From Mayamaea pseudoterrestris (Eukaryota), in NCBI GenBank assembly GCA_027923505.1, contig BROI01000001.1:2480001-2544000 (forward strand): a stretch of DNA of 64,000 nucleotides. Direction: 5' to 3'. The notes below the pieces were generated by a model that did not search any database, was not told the DNA's origin, and worked only from the letters and a program-made list of their open reading frames with translations. The number at the start of each line of letters is the position of its first letter. The stretch's first letter is position 1. Below, piece after piece: positions 9,962 through 20,900 of this stretch. Made by a program: the position numbers and the translations under genes.

Positions 9962-11753
9962 TGGGCACTTCCTTCCAGTTTGCAACATAGTGCCGCGCTT
10001 CCACCAGTATTGCTGACATGGCGTCAACCGTTGACAGCGCTTTATTGGCCATGCCAAAACTGAAGAATCGTGCGAATTTCTGCATCGTTTCGTGCATGCG
10101 CTCCAATTCATCCATGCGATGTAGTAGCATTCCCTCCAAATGTGGAATGATGCACGGTGGTCCACATGTACCGTTGACAGTGACGACGAAATCAGAGTAT
10201 TGGATTCCCATTTCATCGATACCATCGAAGGTTCCCTTGGCAAATGGATACACATTATGCACTGCCGCCGTGTTCACGGCGAACCAACTCGGATAGCTTT
10301 CCTCAATACTGTCATATTCCAGCACCACGGGCAAGCATCCACTCAGTATAACATCAAAGAATCGCTTCTGCGGTGGTTCATCGCCACGAAGGCACGGACA
10401 AAAAATCGTGTCGCGATAAGCCTCCAGTATTTCCATTTCATTGCCCATTTTGCGGTGCGCGCCAAGCTCCCCCACGATCATTGACTTGTTGGCAATCAAA
10501 CTACCGTGAGTCGCCTCATGCGCGGCTGCGCTCTCCATGAAACGCTTTCGGTCAGAGCCATTGCCGGAAATTTTGGAGTTGAGCTTGGCCACCAACGCAT
10601 ATGTTCGTTCTCGGAGTGGTTTGAAATTATGGCGCACCACGTGAGGTTGATAGTTCTCATTCATATTGACATAAGGCATGATGATTTGTCCGCAGTTGGG
10701 ACGAACGTGTGAATCCTTGTCACGCACACACTCCTTTTGCACTTGCCCAATGGACACAACGAGTGGAAACTCACTTCGTAGCCACTTGTTGCTTGCTGGT
10801 TGCACGGCGCTCGATAGAAACAAATGCTTGTGCTTTGTGGCTGGTGCCAAGTATGCAAGCTTGTCAATGAGCTCCGTTTGCAGTTGATCGTAGTAGCTTT
10901 GAGTGTTGCGTCCCTCGCAGTGCAAGTGTGCTTGACTTGGAAAGGGCACGACAAAGAGACTCGCTTCACTTGCGTTAAACGTTCTTGAGCTTCCAAAGTA
11001 CTCGGCCATTAATTTCGATATTACAACATCACCGTTTCGGTTGAACCGTCGCTTGGAGTATTCGCCGCCGCCTCCCTCGAGTGAAACGCCGCAGAACGAT
11101 TCGGCCCAGTCGCAACTGCCGTCACTGCGAGCATTCATGCAGTCGGCCGAATATTCCCATGTATATTGGTTTGTTAGATTGTCGTAAATGTATATCTTAA
11201 ATTCTGAGCCAGGATATTGTTGAATGTATGCTTCTGCTTGGTGCGGTGGAAGAAGCATGCGAACCGTATCGTCTAGAATGGGACCAAGGTCGGATGTCGT
11301 ATTGGAAGCGTTGCGGCGAATCGTTATGACAGTAGTTGCTGCTGCTGTAGCTAATTCAGCTGTCGTAAGTGTAACATTTGCTGCTGCTAGCTTCTCGCCA
11401 AGACTCGATACTGCTTGTCGACTGCTGCGACTGACTGTTCGTGACGTTTGATCGCTTGCAGTTGCGATGGATTCTGTCGTCAAACGAATCACTTCATCTT
11501 CTTTTGCAATCTTGCGCCGTAATTTCTCAATACTTCCTTCATCCGTTTCTATTTCTAGCGTCTTTACTCTATTCTCTTGCAGTGTTTCGAGTAAAATATG
11601 GTTTTCTGTCTGAGCAATGGTGCTTGGTTGTTGGTCGTTGGAATGCAGTCGGAGGGATCCAAGAAAAAGTTTTGCCGTCACGAGAAAAATCAAGGATACA
11701 AAGAATCGACGACAGTCTCTATTGACTCGACTGCTGCTGCTCGATAATGCCAT
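9945..11753 (-). CDS. exostosin-family glycosyltransferase (GT47), type II membrane protein
   Basis: N-terminal TM, FKIYIYD, ASLFVVPF, FCPCLRGDEPPQKRFFDVILSGCLPVV. Confidence 0.9.
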   Translation of the reverse strand: MALSSSSSRVNRDCRRFFVSLIFLVTAKLFLGSLRLHSNDQQPSTIAQTENHILLETLQENRVKTLEIETDEGSIEKLRRKIAKEDEVIRLTTESIATASDQTSRTVSRSSRQAVSSLGEKLAAANVTLTTAELATAAATTVITIRRNASNTTSDLGPILDDTVRMLLPPHQAEAYIQQYPGSEFKIYIYDNLTNQYTWEYSADCMNARSDGSCDWAESFCGVSLEGGGGEYSKRRFNRNGDVVISKLMAEYFGSSRTFNASEASLFVVPFPSQAHLHCEGRNTQSYYDQLQTELIDKLAYLAPATKHKHLFLSSAVQPASNKWLRSEFPLVVSIGQVQKECVRDKDSHVRPNCGQIIMPYVNMNENYQPHVVRHNFKPLRERTYALVAKLNSKISGNGSDRKRFMESAAAHEATHGSLIANKSMIVGELGAHRKMGNEMEILEAYRDTIFCPCLRGDEPPQKRFFDVILSGCLPVVLEYDSIEESYPSWFAVNTAAVHNVYPFAKGTFDGIDEMGIQYSDFVVTVNGTCGPPCIIPHLEGMLLHRMDELERMHETMQKFARFFSFGMANKALSTVDAMSAILVEARHYVANWKEVPSAETM

Positions 11754-12151
11754 GTTATCCTTGAAAGGAGCGGCGTTGTCACAAGGCAGCAGCGGAGGCA
11801 AACATCATGGTGAATGACAGATTTGGGTCATCCGTCGATCGACCGACTTGGTGGTCGTGCGAAAGAATGACTATTGATCAAAGAGTGAAACCAACAACTT
11901 TGAAATCACTGCGTCTTAATCAGTAGTCCCAGTACCGGTCTGACTCTTTCAGAATCAGTTTTTCACTGTCGTTCAGAAAGTAGTACCAAAACGATCGCTT
12001 TCAAGCTTCGTCGTTCGAAAGGATGAGCAAGAGCCGACGATGATACACAATTCCATCCATTTTAATAGTTTCCTTCACAGCATCGAGCTGATACTGTAGC
12101 AACTACCGAATGAGAAGCTCGAGCCGTGCTAATAAGTTCCTTGCCGTCAAC

Positions 12152-13105
12152 ATGACATTTTTCTGCATCTTAGTGCTCCTCCTCTTGTCAGTTCCATGCG
12201 CTTCGTTCCAACACCCAGCACTGCTTGCTGGGCAACATTTACCAATACCAGCGCATCAGCAAAAGCAGTATGCGTCATCTGCATCATCGTCATCTCAACT
12301 ATTCTTGTTCGAAAAGAATACAGACTACAGTCGCCAAGTCTTGCTGCGCGAGGAGGCCGAGTCGCCCTTTCGCAAGGTGCGCTTCTTTCTCTACGCCAGT
12401 TTGGCGGGCGGCGCCACCATTAGTTTGGTAGTGTCGGGAACGCGCGTCTTGGCGGCGTGGAATGGCATCAATACTGACTTACTGGATGAGAGTCTGCAAA
12501 ATGTAGCCGTGGATGTTGGTGGATTAATTGTTTTGGGATTTTTGAACAACCAAGACGTGAAGGCGCAGGAGAGTCGACGAAAGCGAGCCTCCAAGGGAGC
12601 AGACTTGGCGCGGCTAGTGGTGCGAGCATCGCCGCGACTGAAGGATCCGCTACTGGATGCATCCGTGGCGAATGATCTTTCCTTTTCAACCTCACTGGCG
12701 TCGCTACGTCGGGGACGGGGAATCGAAAAGCGAGTCGTCATTGCGGCAGGTGGAGCAGAGAAGATACAGCAAGTATTGGAAGAGGCAACGAGACTGGATG
12801 CTTCCTTTCAAAGCACTGATTTGCTACTGGTGCCTGTGATTGCTCCATCTGGACAAGCGCCTCAGTATGAAGGTGAACTTCCCCAATGCGTGGCACTCCC
12901 AGCTGGCAATGGATGGAAGGCTCTCATTGACGATGAAATGCAGGAAGCTGCCGGTCAAGGCGTGGACGTTGAATCGAATGGCTTTTGCATAGTGCTGAAA
13001 AAGAATGGACGTGTTGGACAACGAACCAGTGGCATCTCGTTAATGCCAATGGTGGGCGACGTTGAGCAGCGGCAGGCGAGCGGATTGGACGTGAAAAACA
13101 TTTAA
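12152..13105 (+). CDS. plastid LPA1-like / DUF3493 PSII assembly protein
   Basis: LREEAESPFRKVRFFLY motif and two TM helices; signal peptide ending CAS-F followed by a Ser-rich transit peptide. Alternative ATG at 12110. Confidence 0.8.
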   Translation: MTFFCILVLLLLSVPCASFQHPALLAGQHLPIPAHQQKQYASSASSSSQLFLFEKNTDYSRQVLLREEAESPFRKVRFFLYASLAGGATISLVVSGTRVLAAWNGINTDLLDESLQNVAVDVGGLIVLGFLNNQDVKAQESRRKRASKGADLARLVVRASPRLKDPLLDASVANDLSFSTSLASLRRGRGIEKRVVIAAGGAEKIQQVLEEATRLDASFQSTDLLLVPVIAPSGQAPQYEGELPQCVALPAGNGWKALIDDEMQEAAGQGVDVESNGFCIVLKKNGRVGQRTSGISLMPMVGDVEQRQASGLDVKNI

Positions 13106-13172
13106 TATGATACCATGAGAATGTAAATGAAGCTATCGATAATTATGCATGCTAGCTTAATTAACTGCAGTT

Positions 13173-13541
13173 TCAAACCTTCCATAGATTGACAAAGAGT
13201 TGTAGCTCGTTGACGCTGGTCGTCTTCTTTTCTGTTGCAGATGTTTTCATCTTTGTCTTTCTAGTCTTTCTGACTTTTGTCGGATGCACTTTCTTCTTCT
13301 CAGTAGCTCGTTTTCCTGATGCGAATGCGGCATGAAGGCGATTAGTATCGTTGTTATTCGAGTCTTTTTGATTGCTGAGTTTCGGTTCGGCAACGTCATC
13401 GGCGTCCTCGGTTGGTTCGCCCAATAGACTCGCCAAGGCAGCAAGCGCTGAATTTGACGCAAAGTCGCCAGGTAAACTACTCATGAACAATGGACACGAT
13501 ACATCGTCTTCATCTGCTTGTTCGCTGTCGTCAATTTCCAT
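13173..13541 (-). CDS. small protein with a Cns1/TTC4-like N-terminal motif, no TPR
   Basis: EDDVSCPLFMSSLPGDFASNSALAALASLL, then a Lys-rich segment and ELQLFVNLWKV. ATG at 13541 assumed. Confidence 0.6.
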   Translation of the reverse strand: MEIDDSEQADEDDVSCPLFMSSLPGDFASNSALAALASLLGEPTEDADDVAEPKLSNQKDSNNNDTNRLHAAFASGKRATEKKKVHPTKVRKTRKTKMKTSATEKKTTSVNELQLFVNLWKV

Positions 13542-13822
13542 CGTTTTCTTCGTTTTGTGTTGCCATCGCCGCCGATCGCTGGAAATCGATGTCGTAACGG
13601 GACCGATTGTCACGCCACTAATCTTGGTATCACAGCGGTACTCCAGCTGCTGTCGCTCGTGGCTGCCTGCATAAAGTTGTCGGGACCATGACGCTCTTTT
13701 CCGCTTAATCAATTGAAAGAGCTAATCGCTTATTTGTGTAAATAAACGGCGCACATTTACTGGTTTCAGCCTGCGCCGTTCTTGTTGCTTATAAGCAGTC
13801 ATCTGCAGGGCACCTTACTACC

Positions 13823-14836
13823 ATGACAACACTCTACTCGGCGCGCAAGCTGGCAGCGGAAAGTCCTCCCTTTAATCCAACTCCCTACAATGCTCGCTCT
13901 CGCTCAAACTCTCCGCCTTACGCGAATCGTTTTGTTCCAAATTCGAACGCCGTTGCCAAGTACTCCTTTGACTATCAGGGCCAGCAGCTAGAAATTCGCA
14001 ACGTTTGGGCCGACAATGTGGAGGAGGAAATGGCTCGCATTCGACAAGTTGTAGAGAAGTATCCCTTCATTGGAATGGATACCGAGTTTCCGGGAGTAGT
14101 TGCCAAGCCAGTGACAGAGTCATTTTCGCTAGACTATCACTACAAGTCGCTCAAGGTGAACATTGACTTGCTCAAGATTATTCAGCTTGGATTGTCATTT
14201 AGCGATGAGAATGGCAACTTTGCTCCTGGATGTCCTTGCTGGCAGTTCAACTTTCAGTTTGATTTGGAGGGAGACATGTTCGCGCAGGATTCCATTGATT
14301 TGTTGACCAAGTCGGGCATTTCCTTCCAGGATCACAAGACGCGAGGCATTGATCCATTGCTGTTTGGAGAGTTGCTCATGGTATCGGGATTGGTACTTGA
14401 CGATCGTGTCACCTGGGTCTCGTACCACTCTGGATATGACTTTGGATACTTGATGAAGCTACTTACGACGGTGGAGTTGCCTTCGGATGAGAAGCAGTTT
14501 TTGGATTTGCTCAAAATTTACTTTCCAAAGATTTACGACGTCAAGTTCATGACGAGTCTACTGGATGGACATCAGTATTTGGGCGGTTTGCAGAAGTTAG
14601 CGGACGATCTCAAATGCCAGCGTCTCGGTCAGGAGCATCAAGCTGGAAGTGATTCGTTGCTTACCATGTCGGCGTTTTTCGCCTTGCGCAAGGCCAAGTT
14701 CTCGACGGCAGATGGAAAATTCAAGACGGACAACAACTATCGCAATGAGCTTTACGGTTATGGTAATAATCATACGGTGCGAAAGGGAGCTATGCGAGAA
14801 ATTTCGTCATCGTCGAATGGAAACATGGATGGCTAG
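13823..14836 (+). CDS. CAF1: CCR4-NOT deadenylase subunit Caf1/Pop2/CNOT7
   Basis: MDTEFPG, LKIIQLGL, WQFNF, HSGYDFGY, HQAGSDSLLT (DEDD nuclease). Confidence 0.97.
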   Translation: MTTLYSARKLAAESPPFNPTPYNARSRSNSPPYANRFVPNSNAVAKYSFDYQGQQLEIRNVWADNVEEEMARIRQVVEKYPFIGMDTEFPGVVAKPVTESFSLDYHYKSLKVNIDLLKIIQLGLSFSDENGNFAPGCPCWQFNFQFDLEGDMFAQDSIDLLTKSGISFQDHKTRGIDPLLFGELLMVSGLVLDDRVTWVSYHSGYDFGYLMKLLTTVELPSDEKQFLDLLKIYFPKIYDVKFMTSLLDGHQYLGGLQKLADDLKCQRLGQEHQAGSDSLLTMSAFFALRKAKFSTADGKFKTDNNYRNELYGYGNNHTVRKGAMREISSSSNGNMDG

Positions 14837-14927
14837 GGTTTAAGGAGTACATCTAAATGCGTCAAATGGCATACGTTCGGAGATTGGAGTAATAAAGATG
14901 ATAAGGAGTAGTCACCAATATCGTGCC

Positions 14928-16154
14928 TTACTTTGTATTTGTAGTTACAAACTGAAACAACTGCTCCTGCCCCGTTGCGTCATACAAATCAATGACTCCT
15001 CCGACGCCTCCCATGGCAAGCCTTCCATCTGGCGCAACTGCCAATACATGCACGCTCAGCGAGCTGCAGCAAGTCTTTTGAATCACCTTGTCCAAACACG
15101 TAAAGTGCCAATGACTGACGGCGCTCTCATTGGCACATGTCGCAAGAGTGCGATTTGGAAGAAATGCGCAACGCTGGGGCCTCGACAGTGTTTCCGTATA
15201 GGCGACAACGGAACGTGTCGGGACGGAAAATGTCGATAGAAACCCGTGGCAGCCATTATCATTATTAGTACTGTTGCTGCTGCCTATTAATTCACCAGCG
15301 ATGGAGAACCAATAGTCGTCCAGCACCGCTATACTCTTGATGCTTTTCCTAACGCCTTTGCGGCCGTGATCGTTGAGCGATATATCTTGAATGAGCTCGT
15401 CGTTGTGACAATTCCAAATACTCAAGATTCCTTCCTCTCCTCCAGTCAACAAGAAGGTGGCATCCGTTTCTGACTTAAGACTTTGAATGGAGTGCAAATA
15501 TGGAGTGTTGTGAAACGTTTTTAGCAACTGTTTCGTTTCCAAGTGCCACTTGTATAGTCCAAACTCGTCTCCAACGGCTGCATATAAATGATCGCCAACA
15601 ATGAGCGTGTCATTCACTTGCGCCGTAACGTTTGGATCTGGAGATGGGTATGGATGAAAGTGTTGCGGCGGCACCAAGAGATTCAAGTCTTTTAATGAGC
15701 AAGTAGACGACGTATTTGTACAAAGTTGATTCCAAAAATCAACAAAATCAATAACAACGACACCAGCGTCTCCTCCAACGACTAATAGTTGCTTTTCGTG
15801 GGAGACGATGTGAAACTGCATTGTAGACAGTGAGCCGGTGTGTATGCGGCAGACGCGAAAGGGCATGCGCGTGTATTCGCCGTCATGTTGCGCGAGGGCG
15901 GCATAGTCATCATCATCATCGTCGACTTGCATTAAATCTTCGCTCACGCTACTATTTGGAACCTTCCAAAAGTACAAGTTTCCGTCACTGGCGCAGGATG
16001 CAAGTAGCAGCTCATTTGGCGACTCGATGAATGAGCCATCCATGAGTGTTGGGTGTCTCTTGTTTGCTTGCAAATACTTATTCCACTCATTCTGACAAGA
16101 CGTTGGCGTCTCGTAAAAGGAATGTACGTTTGTCAAGCTTGTTTTTGTCGCCAT
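14928..16154 (-). CDS. WD40 protein, THO complex subunit 6-like
   Basis: WD repeats (ASCASDGNLYFW, LLTGGEEGILSIWN); the VND...LYAAVGD...YKWHLET...YLHSI segment resembles THOC6. Confidence 0.6.
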   Translation of the reverse strand: MATKTSLTNVHSFYETPTSCQNEWNKYLQANKRHPTLMDGSFIESPNELLLASCASDGNLYFWKVPNSSVSEDLMQVDDDDDDYAALAQHDGEYTRMPFRVCRIHTGSLSTMQFHIVSHEKQLLVVGGDAGVVVIDFVDFWNQLCTNTSSTCSLKDLNLLVPPQHFHPYPSPDPNVTAQVNDTLIVGDHLYAAVGDEFGLYKWHLETKQLLKTFHNTPYLHSIQSLKSETDATFLLTGGEEGILSIWNCHNDELIQDISLNDHGRKGVRKSIKSIAVLDDYWFSIAGELIGSSNSTNNDNGCHGFLSTFSVPTRSVVAYTETLSRPQRCAFLPNRTLATCANESAVSHWHFTCLDKVIQKTCCSSLSVHVLAVAPDGRLAMGGVGGVIDLYDATGQEQLFQFVTTNTK

Positions 16155-16288
16155 AATGAAACTATATAGTGGTCCAGAGAGCAGTTTTTTATTTTTGTGG
16201 GATGATGGCAGCTGAAATGTCGTTCCCGGTCGGACAGTTTAATGTCAATGTCGCAGCGGTTTATGAGTTGCGGTGTTTCGACGTCACC

Positions 16289-17533
16289 ATGGCGCTCCCA
16301 AAAACCATGACAAAGACGGCCGCTCCACCAGTCGTATCAATTCGCCCTATAGCGGATCGCTTACTCGACTCGCTAACGATTGCCTTTGGCGAAAATTTGG
16401 CAGATGCAAAAGACCATGACGACCTGATTATCGAACAATGGATCAAGCAGGCGAATGTTTTTGTCGAGCGTCGTCGTCACCTTTTGAATGACGATTGCAA
16501 TCCAATGGATTTCGTCAAGCAAGCACTGCAAGCAGCAATGGACATGCAGTCGACAAGTGAACATACTAGAAACGACGTTGCCGCTACAAATGCACCGCAA
16601 TCAGTCTCCTTGTTTGCGACTGGTTTCACTTTACCTCCAATACTTGATATTGACGAGCTTCAAGCAGCCACGCCACTGGAGCAGGCAGATATATTACAAA
16701 ATGCTTATCTGGAGGATGTTTTGCAGGATTGGGAGACTGTCGAGTCGATCCTTCGACGGGGACTGTTGGACGCTACTTCATGCGTTGCATTTTTGAATTT
16801 ACACGCCAAATGGTTTGGTGATTCGAAATCTATGCCGGACTGCAGCTCCTTGATTCAATCTACCATTTGTGAAAATCTCTTGGCTATTTTGAAGCAGAAA
16901 AGCATTGACGCTGCAGCTGTTGACCAAGTTTTACCGCTCCTCTGGAACGCTTGGATGCACTGGATGATGCAGTCGTCGCTACAAGGGGAGCCTTCCGCGG
17001 TGACAGTCATGTCAACAACGCTATTGAACTGGCACACGAATCCGTCACATACACAATTGCTGCATAGTTGGATGCAGCTCGACCCAAGTGCACTGTGGTT
17101 GCAGGCCTGGACCGCCGTCAAGGCTGACGCAGCGACGGTTTGTGGCGACCGTGCAGACTTTGTCTCGTCCATGTGGAGCAAGGTGACAACTGGCGGCAGC
17201 GATAATGATCAAAGTCAAGTGAAATATTGCTTGAGCGCGTTGCGGTCCTTGTTGGTCGTTATGCGAGTGTCCACCTTTCCTTGGGAGCAAATTTCTCGAG
17301 ACGAAAAGGAAGCTGCAATTCATTCATTGCTCAATCAGTACGTGACTTACTTGCAAACTGCCACTACCAGAGAAGACGAACGCATGGCTCTAGACGCCAT
17401 TGATACCATTATAAGCGGTTGCCGTCGTGCGCATGAGGCAGTCTACGATGCGTTTGTGCGGCGTTTATCGTCGTCGATGTTGGAGGCAAGGACAAAGAAC
17501 TTGCTAAGCGATATTGTGCGGAAGTATCAATAG
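16289..17533 (+). CDS. hypothetical helical protein
   Basis: Long ORF (open from 16169); ATG in CACCATGG context at 16289; no family confidently recognised. Confidence 0.65.
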   Translation: MALPKTMTKTAAPPVVSIRPIADRLLDSLTIAFGENLADAKDHDDLIIEQWIKQANVFVERRRHLLNDDCNPMDFVKQALQAAMDMQSTSEHTRNDVAATNAPQSVSLFATGFTLPPILDIDELQAATPLEQADILQNAYLEDVLQDWETVESILRRGLLDATSCVAFLNLHAKWFGDSKSMPDCSSLIQSTICENLLAILKQKSIDAAAVDQVLPLLWNAWMHWMMQSSLQGEPSAVTVMSTTLLNWHTNPSHTQLLHSWMQLDPSALWLQAWTAVKADAATVCGDRADFVSSMWSKVTTGGSDNDQSQVKYCLSALRSLLVVMRVSTFPWEQISRDEKEAAIHSLLNQYVTYLQTATTREDERMALDAIDTIISGCRRAHEAVYDAFVRRLSSSMLEARTKNLLSDIVRKYQ

Positions 17534-17933
17534 ATAGATTTTCTTTGACAATATTGGTTCAATTTAAAAGTTTAATACCGCAATAGCTTTATAGCGGCGC
17601 TCGCGTTATCAAGAAACCTACCGTAGATACAGCTACCACTACGAGTACCGATGTCGCATTTGATCCGATTGAGTACCGTAACGACGCGTGGTTGCTGCGC
17701 GTGCATCATTTTTTTTTAGCGACTGCTGCAACGAAACGATGCGAGACCATCTCTTGCAAATGCTCGTTCAAATCTGATACGTTTATAACTGAAATCACTT
17801 TCGCAGCCAACAATTAACGATATATTTGGCAAGCGATTGTAGAGGCTTTGTCGCGATCTTTCCAGCTAGATTCAGTCGTTAAAACTCTGACGCCCATCGG
17901 CATTTTCAAGTTTATAGCCATCAAACTTAGACA

Positions 17934-20900
17934 ATGGCGAAACAACTCATTATATCCGCCATGGAGGAGGTCTTCGGCGAGTACATTCTCAACATGAGCA
18001 AGGAGAATATGAAAATTGGCGCTCTCAAGGGCAAAATTGAGCTGGAGAATGTCCAACTTGACGGAGAGCTCATTGGTGGACACATAATGGGAGTATTGGG
18101 TCTGCAAGGCTTTGGCATACTAAGCTGCTACGCCAAGTCGTTGCAAATAAGTGTGCCGTGGAAGAATTTGGAAAAGGAGCCGACCAAGTTTGAGATCCGA
18201 GGTCTTCATTTGGTTTGTGTGCCGCTGACGCCGGCAACAGCAAACAAGTTGTACGGAACCGGTTCACGAGTTGATCCCCGATGCAAGCTTCGAACAAGAG
18301 TCAAGCGATTGACGCTTGCAAGATTTGAGAGAAATTTCTGGAATGGTATGATACCTGGTGAAGGACCGCCACTGAAGCGTGTGACACGAGCCGTCAAGGA
18401 GGTTGAGCGAGATTTGCGACGACGCAGCCGTCGGTCGACGTCTAATCGAACACCAGAAGAAATTGAAATCGATGAAGTACTGGACGATCTTGTTTTTAAT
18501 AGCAATGATACAGCTGCATTGGGCATGAATGGCGTGGAGGATAGAAGCGGTAGAGGCTCAAGCACTTTTAACTCCGAAGCAGACTTTTTTAATGTGGAGC
18601 TTCCAAGAGATTGGAAAGTTAAGCTTCGAGAAAAGGCACTGCGAAATATGGAAGCAGCAATCTTTGATGTCCATGTGCGGTGCGAGACTTCAGAGGGTGA
18701 TTACAGTCCACAGGGTGGCTACAATAAGCGAACAGCTTCATTGCGACTTGCGGAAGCAACTTTGTCTGCGGATGAACGAGCATTCGTGCTGGGTATAACC
18801 ATTGAGAAATTTGTTGTTAGGACGGCTACAGAAAAGTGGCAGGTTGGAAGTCATGACAAGCGAAATCCAGCCAACGGCTCAGCCATGTCGTCGACAAAGG
18901 GTCATCTGGGGCCGAACCCATATCTGGTCAAAAATAACAAAATTGGATCTTTTACCGGTGTTTCGATCTACTGGGATGATTCTCCGCCATTTCTCCTAAA
19001 TGAAACTGAACTCCTTCAAGGAAACTACCGCAAATATTCGTCAGACAAAGTTTTAAGTAAGACAGCTGCAGCGATGGATGCGTTGACTCACGGTCAAGAG
19101 CCCGGCACGAAAATTCGAGAATGTCTCGGAGAAACGGTTTCAACGTAAGTATACTTCCAAATATCCTGGAAGCTTTTATTGCATTGAGCGAGCACTCATC
19201 GTCTGTGTTGGTTACAGTGATATTGTTTCGCCGCACGACTATGTTTGTGAAGGTCTCAATGCGGAAGTAAGGGTGCGACAAAGCGACAGAACACTCCCAG
19301 GACCAATTTCTTGCTCCGCTGATGTGCTTCCTATTAATTTTAACTTCACCATCCGTCCAAACCAATATGTTCAGTACCACAAATTAAAACAATCCATCCA
19401 ACTCCAGCATCGCTTCGACACTATGCTTCATCAACGTCCGACGGAGAGACCGTCTGTCAAGCCTAGATCATGGTGGCAATATTGCATCGCATGCGTTATC
19501 TCGCGACCGAATACAAGACCATGGAAAGATGTCCAAGTCATAATAACCAACAGAACGAGGTATTTGGAACTGGTAGCCAAGAAAAATAGGAATACGAGTG
19601 ACTCGAATTTGGGATACCACTCAGGACTCTCTGAGAAAGAGAGTGTGGAATTACTGGCGCTTGAAGATCTGCTCCCAATAGAAGCTCTGGAAGCATTCCA
19701 TCTCCTAGCACTACGTCAGGTGTATGATTCTCAGAGAGGTAGAAGCACGGCTGCTAGTAGCCAATCGGAAAATCCCTCTTCGGCTGCGAACAGAGAGGAG
19801 ATGCAGTCACGTCAACGACAACAATCGAGTTCAGGCCGGTTCCGATTGCTGCGTAGCTCAGGGAGGTCAAGATCATCAGCATACAGTGAACTGGGTGACA
19901 TTCAACCCACGAGAATACCGGCGCGTCAATTGGAAGTGCCTGTTGTTCCACCTGAATCGGCTGCGAGAGGATCGCTGCCGTCACTATCTCTACTCGACAC
20001 GATGGCTTTGCGACTAGGTCCCAAGCCTTGGTTCGTTGACTGGAAGGTCCATGACGCCACAATCAACATTGCCTTCCTTGGTGCGGACTGCTGTACACCC
20101 CTAGCGCTTCTGACGATCCAAGCTGGTGGCAATATTAGTTCTTTTGGTCGAGGCAAGCGAGACTCTTTCATCGAAATTACGCGCGTCGACCTTTGCCATT
20201 CATCTGCGGGAAAAGTGTTTTTCTTACAGCCAGGCGACAGTTGCGAGTCGCAAGAAGAAGATTGGAACAGTGACGAATCGGTCGGAGGAGATGGTACAGT
20301 GGCATCGTCGCTCTCTGGCCATAGCGTGAATAGCAACCCGGGTCCCGACTTGTCAACAGCATCGCGATTCCTCGAGTTGCCGCCATGGGGAGTCGTCTGT
20401 CGCATTGCCGCTGGTAAAGACTTTGGCAATTCCAAATTTAGCGTTTCTGCGCATCCTGCTACTCTGATATGGACACCTGCTCTGTTTGATAGTTTGCTGG
20501 AATTTTTTCCGGTTCAAAAGTCTGATGACTTACAGCAAGATATAACTCAGCGGATACGGAATGCTGCTACTCCCTTGGCTAGAAAAGCTCAGCTTGCAAT
20601 GCTTTCTCCGTCTCTTTTATCCTTTCACGTAAATATTGCGGCGCCCAAGGTCTTTGTCCCGATCAGATCAAGAACCTCGGATGGCTCTCTTTGTATAGAC
20701 GCTGGTACATTTAAGTTTGCGTGTATCAAGGAAGAAGGAGAGACCGACATGAATTTTGACGTCACTACGCGAGACATACGAGCAAACTTCCTCAGAGGAC
20801 GGAACACGGTCCCTAGTGATGATCACAATCAGTTTCAGTATCTTTTCCGATTGCCTGAGAGAGTTGGACGCACAGATTCGATGATCATCTACCCCTTTCA

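Noticed and set aside
16680..16820. Faint resemblance of the hypothetical protein to BROMI/TBC1D32
   Set aside because: Too weak to support without a profile search.
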